Origin: Deltaproteobacteria bacterium
GTDB lineage: Bacteria; Desulfobacterota; Binatia; UBA9968; JAJDTQ01
DNA: 64,000 nt
Reading direction: 5' to 3'
Assembly: GCA_026712905.1 (NCBI GenBank)
Contig: JAPOPM010000098.1
Span: 10,234-74,233 of the forward strand
Positions 46,039 through 55,007 of this stretch are shown piece after piece (the stretch's first letter is position 1; the number at the start of each line of letters is the position of its first letter). Below the pieces are notes generated by a model, which had not been told where the DNA came from, made no database searches, and saw nothing but the letters and a program-made list of their open reading frames with translations. Both the position numbers and the translations under genes were made by a program.

Positions 46039-47039
46039 TGATTGCAAGAATGAAGCGGTTTCGTCTACTGGTCTTGGCCGCGGGGTTGTTCCTGTTCGCT
46101 CCGGGTCTGTCGGTTCCGGCCCTCGGCGCGGACCTGCCCGAGGTGGATTTCGGTCTGCCCTCCGGCGGCGTGTTCGGCTTGGGGGGCCAGTACATGATCG
46201 ACAAGAAGCTGGACCGCAAGCACGGCTTCATCGCCAAGCCCCGTTGGGGCGGAGTGGCCAACGTCGAGCGTCTCATCGCCATCGGCGCCATCCCGGTGGG
46301 TCTGGCCACCGTGGAGTCCGCGCTGCGCGCGAACATGAAGGGCATCCCCCTCAAGCTGGTGCAGCCCTACATGAGGACGATGCACAACTACATCCTGGTG
46401 CGCAAGGATTCCCCGTACAAGTCCATCAACGACCTCAAGGGGAAGTCCATCGCGGTGCCACGGGAAGTCACGTCGGCTTATAACCTGTTCGACTTCATGA
46501 TGAGGAAGCAGGGCGTCTCCATCGAGAAGGACTTCCAGCTCAAGAAGCTCGGCGCCGCGGGCATCATCGCGGTGATGGAAAAGGGTGAGGTGGAGGCCGC
46601 GCTCCATTGGGAAGCGCACGTGACCCGGATGCTCGCCACGGGGAAATACCGCTCCATCGCCAAGCTGGGCGACGTGATCACCGAGGTCCTGAACAAGGAT
46701 ATCCACATGTTCGGCTGGGTGGGAGCTCAGGAGGCCTGGGCGAAGAAGAACCCCGGAGTTGTGGGCAAGATACGCGCCGCGTGGCAGGAGATGATCGCCG
46801 GCGTTCAGAACGACCCCGAGCACTTCCGGAAGTACGCCAAGAAGATTTTCGGGCTGGAGGGGAAGGAAGTGGTCGATCTCGGCTACGAGCGGGTCAGGCC
46901 TTTTCTGCTTCCCGCCGACTTCAAGTGGCCAAACCCGAAGAGTCTGGCGAATCAGAAACAGTATCTGAAGGACGGCATCGCGCTGGGTATTTTCCCCAAG
47001 GAGGCCGAGGCACAGATCGACGGTCTGTTCGTGCCCTAG
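46035..47039 (+). CDS. ABC transporter substrate-binding protein (NMT1/SsuA-like)
   Basis: Signal peptide; SPYKSINDLKGKSIAV; operonic with the permease and ATPase. Confidence 0.88.
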   Translation: MMIARMKRFRLLVLAAGLFLFAPGLSVPALGADLPEVDFGLPSGGVFGLGGQYMIDKKLDRKHGFIAKPRWGGVANVERLIAIGAIPVGLATVESALRANMKGIPLKLVQPYMRTMHNYILVRKDSPYKSINDLKGKSIAVPREVTSAYNLFDFMMRKQGVSIEKDFQLKKLGAAGIIAVMEKGEVEAALHWEAHVTRMLATGKYRSIAKLGDVITEVLNKDIHMFGWVGAQEAWAKKNPGVVGKIRAAWQEMIAGVQNDPEHFRKYAKKIFGLEGKEVVDLGYERVRPFLLPADFKWPNPKSLANQKQYLKDGIALGIFPKEAEAQIDGLFVP

Positions 47040-47112
47040 CGTCGTAGGCACAACAGCCGCGCGGGACCGACGCTCAGCCTGGGAGGTTCGCTCCGGCGCG
47101 GCGGTGGTTGGT

Positions 47113-47153
47113 GAAAGGCCGGGGAAGGGTACTCTTTCCCCGGCCTTTCTTTG
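47113..47153 (+). terminator. Rho-independent terminator of the ABC operon
   Basis: GAAAGGCCGGGGAA-GGGTACTCT-TTCCCCGGCCTTTC followed by TTTG. Confidence 0.8.
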
Positions 47154-47360
47154 TGGTGCCGCCCACAGGCACAGGTCCCTGACCCGGCGGTGGCTCGTGG
47201 GGTACGAGTCGTCGGTGTTTTTCGATTGACAGGACCAGCGACCTTGGCGCTAGACTTCGTATGGCTCCACGTGAATGTGGACATGAGCGGCTTCTCCGCT
47301 GGCGGGTTCGCCGCATGGTCGAGAAGCCGGTGAAACCGTCGCACGGCAAAGGAGGCAACG

Positions 47361-48449
47361 ATGAACTATCGCCTGGTGTCGGTCGCTGTTTGGGCGTGTC
47401 TTGTGCTGTTGGTTTCCGGTTCGCCACGCGCGGAGGCGGAGACGCCGTACAGCAAGGGAACGCGAATCCGTCTGATCATCCCGTTTTCCCCCGGAGGCGG
47501 CACGGACGTGTATGGCCGGGTGGTGGCGCGGCATCTTAGCCGCCACATTGCGGGCAACCCCGCCATCATCGTCCAGAACATGCCCGGAGCCGGCGGCACC
47601 ATCGCCTTCAACTTCCTCCACCACTCCGCCAAGCCGGACGGGCGGACCCTGGGGGTGTCGTCCAGCGGCACCCTGACCCGACAGCAGCTCGGCTACAAGG
47701 GCGCCCGCTACGACCTCGCGAAGATGCCGATCATCTCGGTAGCCGGGTTCGGCCTCATCACTTATGTCGGGGCACATGTGGGAGCACGCAGCCTGGGAGA
47801 ACTGCTCAAGCTGAACCTGGGCAGGCCCCTGGTGATGGCGGATACCTCCCGGGAGTCGTCCACCGCGATCAGGCGTACCGTCGTTTTCAAGGCCATCCTG
47901 AAGGATGTTGCCAGCAAGCAGGTCTACGGCTATCCGGGGTATTCAGATGTCGCGGCGGCCATACAGCGTGGCGAGGCCGACATCTCCGGCATGACCGCGC
48001 CGGGCTTCAACGCGACGGTGCGGCCCGCCGTGGAGGAGGGCAAAGCGTTCGTCCTGTACCATTCCGGTTTGCTGGACGCTCAGGGGAACATCATTCGCGA
48101 CCCTGCCGCGGCGGAGTTCCCCACGTTTGAGGAGGAGTACCGCAAGGTCTTCGGCAAATCGCCTTCGGGCATCGCATGGGAGGCGTTCAAGTCCCTGGTG
48201 GTCGCGGGGGGCAACTTCGAAAAGGGTCTGTTCGCACCTCCCGGGACTCCCAAGGCAACGATAGATTTGTTGGCCGATGCCGCCGGAAAAATGCTGCAGG
48301 ATCCGAAGTACATCGCGGACGCAAAGAAGATATTCGGCGCACGCATCAAGACCTTCGTCGGCGCGGATGCCGCGAAGATACTCGCCGGCGCCATGAACGC
48401 ATCTCCGGAAGTACAGTCCTTCCTCAAGGAACTGCTGAAGAAGAGTTAG
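47361..48449 (+). CDS. TctC/Bug family substrate-binding protein
   Basis: IIPFSPGGGTDVYGR..ARHL, IVQNMPGAGG, A..RGEAD. Confidence 0.9.
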   Translation: MNYRLVSVAVWACLVLLVSGSPRAEAETPYSKGTRIRLIIPFSPGGGTDVYGRVVARHLSRHIAGNPAIIVQNMPGAGGTIAFNFLHHSAKPDGRTLGVSSSGTLTRQQLGYKGARYDLAKMPIISVAGFGLITYVGAHVGARSLGELLKLNLGRPLVMADTSRESSTAIRRTVVFKAILKDVASKQVYGYPGYSDVAAAIQRGEADISGMTAPGFNATVRPAVEEGKAFVLYHSGLLDAQGNIIRDPAAAEFPTFEEEYRKVFGKSPSGIAWEAFKSLVVAGGNFEKGLFAPPGTPKATIDLLADAAGKMLQDPKYIADAKKIFGARIKTFVGADAAKILAGAMNASPEVQSFLKELLKKS

Positions 48450-48467
48450 CCAACAGGGCCTTCTCAG

Positions 48468-48516
48468 CGGACGCGAGTTCCGTTCGCGCCGATACGAACG
48501 ATGGAACTCGCGTCCG
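48468..48516. terminator. Long hairpin downstream of the tctC-like gene
   Basis: CGGACGCGAGTTCC / GGAACTCGCGTCCG 14-bp stem plus inner CGTTCG/CGAACG; no U-tract. Confidence 0.45.
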
Positions 48517-48696
48517 TCCACTCCAGGTGGGCTTTTCGTCCCGCTCGCCGCATTCCGCGGGAGCCTCGCCGACGCTTCCCGCCGCGGTCACCGTACTCTA
48601 CCGCTACATACGGTTCGGGGAACCGGCGTTGACTTTCGCGGGAACATCCTCCTAACTTAGCGTGATGTATCACACCGGTACCAAGGAGTCCTGAAG

Positions 48697-49689
48697 ATGG
48701 TGGCAGGCACTACGCTGACGCGACATCTCATCGAGGAAGGGGGATGGCGCAACGACGGAGCCGACGAACTGCGCGCGCTCCTGGAACCCATCGCTTTGGC
48801 GGGAAAGATCCTTGCCCGGGAGGTCGATCAGGCCGCCCTGGCGGGGACGCTGGGTATGGCCGGCGACCAGAACGCCACCGGCGACATGCAGAAGAAGCTC
48901 GATGTCATCGGCAACGACATCGTGATGGATGCGTTCGCGAGTTGCAGCGTGGTAGCGGGCATCGCGTCGGAGGAACTGGACGAGCCGGTGGTGATGAGCA
49001 CGTCGGACGACGCGCGTTATCTTGTGTGCACCGATCCCCTGGACGGCTCCTCCAACACCGACGTCAACGCGCCCCTGGGCACCATCTTCGGCATCCTGCG
49101 GCGCCCCCGGCAGGGCGAGCTGTCCGGCGAGGAGTTCCTTCAGCCGGGTTCGGAACTGGTGTGCGCCGGCTACGTGCTCTACGGCACCAGCACGTTGCTG
49201 GTGTACACGGTGGGCGCCGGGGTGCACGGCTTCACCCTGGACCGGAGCGTGGGAGAGTTCGTCCTGTCCCACCACGACATCCGCTGCCCGGAGGCGGGCA
49301 AGATATACAGCGCCAATGTCGGACGCCACAAGGAGTGGGGCGCGGGGGTGCGGAAGTACCTGGACTACGTCACGGACAAGGACAAGCCCACCGGCAGGCC
49401 CCACTCGCTGCGCTACACGGGAGCGCTGGTGGCCGACCTGCACCGCTGCCTGCTGGATGGAGGGATGTATCTCTATCCCGGCGATCCGGGCAGCCCCAAC
49501 GGCAAGCTGCGCCTGCTTTACGAGTGCGCGCCGCTGGCGTGCGTGGCGGAGCAGGCGGGGGGCGCTGCCAGCACCGGCCTCGGGCGCGTGCTGGAGGTGG
49601 TGCCGGAAGCCGTCCATCAGCGCACGCCCATCGCCATCGGCAGCGCCGAGAACGTGGCCCTATATGAACGATTCATGGCGGAGGAATGA
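48697..49689 (+). CDS. fbp: Fructose-1,6-bisphosphatase class 1
   Basis: QKKLDVI, SEE, DPLDGSSN.DVN..GTIFGI, LRYTG.LVAD.HR, GKLRLLYE..P. Confidence 0.96.
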   Translation: MVAGTTLTRHLIEEGGWRNDGADELRALLEPIALAGKILAREVDQAALAGTLGMAGDQNATGDMQKKLDVIGNDIVMDAFASCSVVAGIASEELDEPVVMSTSDDARYLVCTDPLDGSSNTDVNAPLGTIFGILRRPRQGELSGEEFLQPGSELVCAGYVLYGTSTLLVYTVGAGVHGFTLDRSVGEFVLSHHDIRCPEAGKIYSANVGRHKEWGAGVRKYLDYVTDKDKPTGRPHSLRYTGALVADLHRCLLDGGMYLYPGDPGSPNGKLRLLYECAPLACVAEQAGGAASTGLGRVLEVVPEAVHQRTPIAIGSAENVALYERFMAEE

Positions 49690-49711
49690 GTCCGCTTGAG
49701 GAGACTGAGCG

Positions 49712-50635
49712 ATGACGGAGAGAGTAAGAGAGGTTCTGAGCTGGTACGGAAGCGACAATCCCGGGACCTTGACCAATCTGGCCCGGATGCTGAACCACGG
49801 CCGCCTCGGCGGCACCGGCAAGTTCGTAATCCTGCCCGTGGACCAGGGCTTCGAGCACGGGCCGGCGCGGAGCTTCGCCCCGAATCCGGCGGGTTATGAC
49901 CCGCGCTACCACTTTGAGCTGGCGCTGGACGCGGGCTGCAACGCGTACGCGGCGCCGCTGGGCTTTCTCGAGGCCGGCGCACGCGAGTTCGCCGGCGAGG
50001 TCCCGCTCATCCTCAAGGTAAACAACCACGACCTGCTGAACGACGAACGGGACCCGACGCAGGCGGTCACCTCCAGCGTGGAGGACGCCTTGCGCCTGGG
50101 CTGCGTGGCCGTGGGCTTCACGGTCTATCCCGGCTCCGAGCACCGCTTCGGGATGTACGAGCAGATCCGCGAAATCGCTCGGGAGGCCAAGCGCAACGGC
50201 CTGGCGGTGGTGATCTGGTCCTATCCGCGGGGTTCCGGGCTCAGCAAGGCGGGCGAGGCAGCCTTGGACGTATGCGCCTACGCGGCGCAGATCGCCGCCC
50301 AGCTCGGTGCCCACATCATCAAGGTGAAGTTCCCCGGTGAGAACGTCGAGCAGGACGCGGCGCGCAAGGTCTACGAGAAGGAAGGCGTGCCCATCGCCGA
50401 TCCCGCGGACCGGATCCGCCACGTGGTCCAGTCCGCCTTCGATGGCCGCCGTATCGTCATCTTCTCCGGCGGCCCCGCCACCACCGACGAGGCGCTGCTG
50501 GCGGAGATCCGCGCCATCCACCAGGGCGGCGGTTTCGGCTCCATCATCGGCCGGAACTCGTTCCAACGGCGCAAGCCGGACGCCCTCGCACTGCTCGACA
50601 AGGTCATGCGCATCTATGCCGGAGAGTCGGTCTGA
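49712..50635 (+). CDS. fbaB: Class I fructose-bisphosphate aldolase (DhnA/FbaB type)
   Basis: ILPVDQGFEHGPARSF, AAPLGF, WSYPRG, AHIIKVK, IIGRNSFQR. Confidence 0.93.
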   Translation: MTERVREVLSWYGSDNPGTLTNLARMLNHGRLGGTGKFVILPVDQGFEHGPARSFAPNPAGYDPRYHFELALDAGCNAYAAPLGFLEAGAREFAGEVPLILKVNNHDLLNDERDPTQAVTSSVEDALRLGCVAVGFTVYPGSEHRFGMYEQIREIAREAKRNGLAVVIWSYPRGSGLSKAGEAALDVCAYAAQIAAQLGAHIIKVKFPGENVEQDAARKVYEKEGVPIADPADRIRHVVQSAFDGRRIVIFSGGPATTDEALLAEIRAIHQGGGFGSIIGRNSFQRRKPDALALLDKVMRIYAGESV

Positions 50636-50764
50636 ACAGCCAACTCCCGGCGCTCCCGCGCGCGCCAGCCACGGCCTCGCGAAATTGGGGGCGGGACGGT
50701 TTCAAAGGGGGCAGGGGAGGCCGGTGTTTGCGGTTCGCCCTCTCCTGTGTTAACCGTAACCGCC

Positions 50765-50923
50765 ATGCCTCTCCAGAGAATAGCGGAAATCAAGCGCCGG
50801 CGCAGGCGCCGCAAGAGTCTGGCAAAGCTGCGTGTGAAGTTTCAGGCGGCTCGGACGGATCAGGCGCGCGCCAAGGTGCTGGACAAAGCCTTCAAGATCT
50901 CACCCACGGCAGTCCTGGAGTAA
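50765..50923 (+). CDS. 52-aa basic protein, DUF6800-like (not in ORF track)
   Basis: MPLQRIAEIKRRRRRRKSLAKLRVKFQAARTDQARAKVLDKAFKISPTAVLE; R..EI.RRR.R..KL and K..ISP pattern. Confidence 0.7.
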   Translation: MPLQRIAEIKRRRRRRKSLAKLRVKFQAARTDQARAKVLDKAFKISPTAVLE

Positions 50924-50990
50924 TCCGGGCTCATCGCGCCGTACGGGTCGGCGGCCGGACGGCCGCAACCCCGCGAGTTGGAAACGCCGC

Positions 50991-51992
50991 TTACAGCGGT
51001 TTCCGTCCGATGGCCAGGGATGACGTGAACGGCGGCGGCAACTCTATCCGCCCTGCGTCCGTCAGGCCGCCGCGCTCGAACCAGCCCGTGACATCCTCCC
51101 GCGTGTAGCAACGTCCACCCTCGGTTGTCAGCAGCATCAACAGGCTGAACACCGTTCCCGCGTCGGTCTCCGCGCGGCTTCCACCCAGAATGTGGTCCTT
51201 GATGACCAAGCGTCCGCCCGGAACCAGCGCGCCGGACAGTTTCTCCACCAAGGCTTGATTCGTGGCGTGGTCCTCACCGTGGATGATGTTCGACAGGAAG
51301 ATGACGTCGTGGCCCCCGGGAACGGCGTCCCTGCGGTAGTCGCCGGCCACGCATTCCATGCGTGCGGCGACTTCGGACCCGGCAACGTAGCGTTCGGTAA
51401 CGCGCAGGGTGCCGGGCAGATCGTACAGGGTCGCGTGCAGCTCCGGATAGCGGCGGCACAGGGCGATGGGATAGGTGGCGGGGCCGGGTCCGATGTCCAG
51501 CAGGCGCCGCGCCTGGCTGAGTTCCAGGAGATCGGCGACGGCCTCGGCATCGCCCCGCGCCTTCACCAGTGAGTCCATGGCGTTGATGAAGATCGCGGTT
51601 TCGGCTTCGTCCTGCTGGTACATGTCCGGCACGCGCGCGGGCCGCCCGTCGCGCACGGCGTCTTCCAGCTTGCCCCACGCATCCCAGGACAGTGCATCGA
51701 AGCGGACCATGCCGCTGAAGTCCCTGGACGACGCACTCGCCAGGTAGGTGGCCGACAGGTCGTTCAGGCGGTAGCCGGCGCCGTCCCGGTCGAGGAGGCC
51801 GAGGACCACGAGTGCTTCAAGCAGCAGGCCCATGGCTCGGGCATCGGCGCCCACGTCCGCGGCCAGTGCCGCCGCGTCCGCGGTATGGTGCTGCAGCGCG
51901 TCGAACACGCCGAGGCGCACCGCCGCCTGGAGGATGCGTGCCTCCACGTAGCCGCCCGCGATGCCCGCCACCCTTGCGAAGCCCCCGCTCAA
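50991..51992 (-). CDS. SAM-dependent O-methyltransferase (dimerisation + Methyltransf_2 domains)
   Basis: AAVRLGVFD.L, LLDIGPGP, YDLP, GDY..D, FLSNIIH; TTG start overlaps the upstream stop. Confidence 0.9.
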   Translation of the reverse strand: MSGGFARVAGIAGGYVEARILQAAVRLGVFDALQHHTADAAALAADVGADARAMGLLLEALVVLGLLDRDGAGYRLNDLSATYLASASSRDFSGMVRFDALSWDAWGKLEDAVRDGRPARVPDMYQQDEAETAIFINAMDSLVKARGDAEAVADLLELSQARRLLDIGPGPATYPIALCRRYPELHATLYDLPGTLRVTERYVAGSEVAARMECVAGDYRRDAVPGGHDVIFLSNIIHGEDHATNQALVEKLSGALVPGGRLVIKDHILGGSRAETDAGTVFSLLMLLTTEGGRCYTREDVTGWFERGGLTDAGRIELPPPFTSSLAIGRKPL

Positions 51993-53437
51993 AACGGCTC
52001 CACCACCCGGTAACTTCGGCTCTTGGGCTTGATGGGGGCGAGGATGCCCATCTTGACCAGGCCGCGGATGTCGCGGTAGGCGGTGTCGCGGTCCACTTCG
52101 GCGATCCTCTGGTAGTCGGCGGTGGACAGGGCCTTTCCGTGGGACAGGGCGTATACCAGCAGCCTTTGTTGGCGCGGACCGAGCCGCGAGCGGTTGAAGC
52201 GGTTCAGCCATGTGAGGGTTTCGTCGTCGTAGATGGGGGTGTTGCGCAGGGTCACGGTGAAGAAGAAACCCTCGGTGTCGAGGTCCGGCGGATGCAGGGC
52301 GTTCTGCTCCATTTGCTGGAACATGCGCGGCACCCCTTCACCGATCTCGCGCATGTAGCCCAGATCGGAGAGCACGCGCACCAGCAACGGGTTGCGCGAG
52401 AAGTGCACGCGCTCCTGCCGCTTCAGGTGGTTCAGGGTGACCGGCGCGGGCAGGGAGCCGGGGCTGCGCACCTCCAGGCGGTCGTCGAACATCCACACCT
52501 CGATCTCCGCGCCGGTGATGGCATAGTCCCGGTGCGCCACGGCGTTCACCAGGGCCTCCTGCCAGGCGAATGAGGGGTATTCCAGGCGTTCCTTGAAGAA
52601 GAGATCGTGCAGCACCATGCGCTCGCGAATGTGTTCCTTGATCCGGCCTACCGCCTCGTCGATGAGCACCCACAGCGGTTGCTCGATGCGCACACGCTTG
52701 ACCACGTTCAAGGACTCGCCGTAGCGCCGCTCGGTACCTTCGTACTTGACGAAATCGACACCGCAGCGCGGGTGCCACCGTACGGGCTCCTTGGCGAACA
52801 GCAGCAGGGCGGCCATGGAGATCTGGGGTTGCTCCGCCGGCCCGCTCACGAGGTGGTACGGGCGCGCCAGCGCCGCTCGCGGGTCCGCGCCCACGCCGAT
52901 CCGTTCGCTAAAGGACTCCAGCGCCACCAGGTCCAGATCGTCCCATGTGGCATTATGGATATGCTGGCGTTCGAAAGAGTACGACAACTTGGCTTCCTGC
53001 AGCCGCCGTATCTGTTCGGGAGGGACCGCGGGATTCTCCGAGGCCACACGGTAGAAGGTACGGCCGCTGGCCACGCGGCGCACTTCGAGACCCGGCGTCA
53101 CTTCGAACCGGAGAAGCAGCAGGTTGCCGATGTCGATGCGCTCGTACAGGGGATGGAGAGGTGGGTTGAGCAGTCTCCGTGGGACTTCGCCGAGCTCGTG
53201 GATTTCATCCTCGGAATAGGGCACGCCGGTGAGACTCTTGTCGGGCTCGACCCCCACCAGCAGGACGCCCCCGTCGGCGTTCGCCATGCCGTCGAGAAGG
53301 CGCGCGATCTCTCTCGCGAGGTCGCGCGGCCGTTTGGTCTGGATCCCGCGCTTCTTCTGGTCGTAGGCGCTGATGAACTCGAGGAACTGGCCCCGGTCCT
53401 CCTTCAGCAGCGTTTCTAGTTCACGTCCAGGCATCAT
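51989..53437 (-). CDS. AlbA_2-like + HATPase_c_4 + HTH ATP-binding protein (divergent N-domain)
   Basis: MANADGGVLLVGV, WQEALVNAVAHRDY, FDDRLEVRSPG, SRNPLL, GEGVPRM, C-terminal HTH. Confidence 0.9.
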   Translation of the reverse strand: MMPGRELETLLKEDRGQFLEFISAYDQKKRGIQTKRPRDLAREIARLLDGMANADGGVLLVGVEPDKSLTGVPYSEDEIHELGEVPRRLLNPPLHPLYERIDIGNLLLLRFEVTPGLEVRRVASGRTFYRVASENPAVPPEQIRRLQEAKLSYSFERQHIHNATWDDLDLVALESFSERIGVGADPRAALARPYHLVSGPAEQPQISMAALLLFAKEPVRWHPRCGVDFVKYEGTERRYGESLNVVKRVRIEQPLWVLIDEAVGRIKEHIRERMVLHDLFFKERLEYPSFAWQEALVNAVAHRDYAITGAEIEVWMFDDRLEVRSPGSLPAPVTLNHLKRQERVHFSRNPLLVRVLSDLGYMREIGEGVPRMFQQMEQNALHPPDLDTEGFFFTVTLRNTPIYDDETLTWLNRFNRSRLGPRQQRLLVYALSHGKALSTADYQRIAEVDRDTAYRDIRGLVKMGILAPIKPKSRSYRVVEPF

Positions 53438-53473
53438 CGTCGATAGGGTCGGGCCCGTGCCCGCCGGCCCGAT

Positions 53474-54640
53474 TCACCGGGCGTGGTCGCCTTCGAGTCG
53501 CAGCACCTCGTGGATGATTCGCGCCGCGGACACGAGGTCGTTGACGTCCAGCCATTCGTGCACCGTGTGGATGTCGCGCATCCCGCTGGCCAGGTTGGCG
53601 ACCTGGAGTCCTCTCTTGTTCAAGACGTTGGCGTCGCAGCCGCCGCCCTTGGCCACGGTGTCCACGGCGAATCCCAGGTTGCGCGCGGCCTCGTGCACGC
53701 GCCGGACGATGGCGGTGTCGTGGGGAACGTCCATGCGGTCGTATTCCCGCACGATGCGGGCTTCCACGCGCGCCTCGTGAACGCGGCCGTCCAGTTCCAC
53801 CGCGGCGCCGGCGGCGGCCTGTCGGAGACACTCCTGCATCGTTTGCGTCTGCCGTTCGAGCTTTTCCTCGTCGTGGCTGCGCACCTCACCCGTGAGCACC
53901 ACGCGGTTGGGCACGATGTTCACCGCGGTGCCGCCGCTCACCAAGCCGAGGTTGGCGGTGGTCTCGTCGTCGATGCGTCCCAGCGGCATGGCGGCGATCC
54001 CCTGGGCCGCCACCTGAATTGCGCTGATGCCGCGTTCGGGGCAGATTCCAGCGTGGGCCTCCAGGCCGTGGACCTCGAACTCCAGGTGGTTCACCGCCGG
54101 CGCCTTGGTGATCAGGAACCCGATGGAGTCGCTGTCGAGCACGAGGCCGGTCTTCGCGCGCACGAGGCCGAGGTCCAGATGCTTGGCTCCCAGGAGCCCC
54201 ACCTCCTCGCATATCGTGAACACGACGTCGATGTCGCCGTGGGCAACGCCGTCCTCGGCCAGGGCCTCGATCACCTCCAGGATGATGGCGATGCCACTCT
54301 TGTCGTCGCCGCCGAGAACGGTCCGTCCGTCGCTCCGGATAACGTCGCCCTCCACCACGGGCACCACGCCCTCTCCGGGCGCTACCGTGTCCATGTGCGC
54401 GGAAAGAAGCATGGGTTCCGCTCCGGCGGTGGCCCCATCGAAGTGGGCAACCAGATTCCCCACCTCGCCGCCCACCGCGGACCCCGCATCGTCCATGAAT
54501 ACCGTGGCCCCCAAGGACTCGAGGAGCTCCCGCAGGCGCGCCGCGATGGCGCCCTCCCGGCGCGACAGGCTATCGATCCGAACCAACTCCAGAACGCGTT
54601 CCGTGAGGCGCGTCTTGTCGATCAAGGAAAACTCCTCCAA
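53474..54640 (-). CDS. M20/M25/M40 family metallopeptidase (peptidase T-like)
   Basis: SAHMDTV.PG, LGGDDKSG, CEEVGLLGA, AHAG..PERG.SAI, GGGCDAN, IHTVHE. Confidence 0.93.
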   Translation of the reverse strand: MEEFSLIDKTRLTERVLELVRIDSLSRREGAIAARLRELLESLGATVFMDDAGSAVGGEVGNLVAHFDGATAGAEPMLLSAHMDTVAPGEGVVPVVEGDVIRSDGRTVLGGDDKSGIAIILEVIEALAEDGVAHGDIDVVFTICEEVGLLGAKHLDLGLVRAKTGLVLDSDSIGFLITKAPAVNHLEFEVHGLEAHAGICPERGISAIQVAAQGIAAMPLGRIDDETTANLGLVSGGTAVNIVPNRVVLTGEVRSHDEEKLERQTQTMQECLRQAAAGAAVELDGRVHEARVEARIVREYDRMDVPHDTAIVRRVHEAARNLGFAVDTVAKGGGCDANVLNKRGLQVANLASGMRDIHTVHEWLDVNDLVSAARIIHEVLRLEGDHAR

Positions 54641-54766
54641 ACCGATTTCGCCTTGGGCGGCGTGGATGTATGCAGTGAACGGTCAGGCCACGCGCCCGCG
54701 CAATGTTGCGCGTGGGCTCGGGCGGCACGCAGTGTACTACAAAGCACGCGGGTAGGTCCATGTGGC

Positions 54767-54783
54767 GCAACAAATTTCGTTGC
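54767..54783. promoter_or_regulatory. Short palindrome in an AT-rich divergent promoter region
   Basis: GCAAC-AAATTTC-GTTGC followed by ATTATTTTAAT. Confidence 0.35.
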
Positions 54784-55007
54784 ATTATTTTAATGAGTGA
54801 GTCATTTCAGATCAAGGATCCCTGGCTCAGCTCACTTTTTCGCAAGGAACATTCGCGAATCGTATAGCGAAAGAGGCGGTCGCGGCCGTCTGGGACGGCT
54901 CGCCAGTTGGATAGCTCGATGCCCTCTGGTATCATTCGCGCGGCCAGATGGCTCACCGAACCGACGAATCGCGGATGCCCAGGACCCGACATCTTGAGGA
55001 GGGTAAC

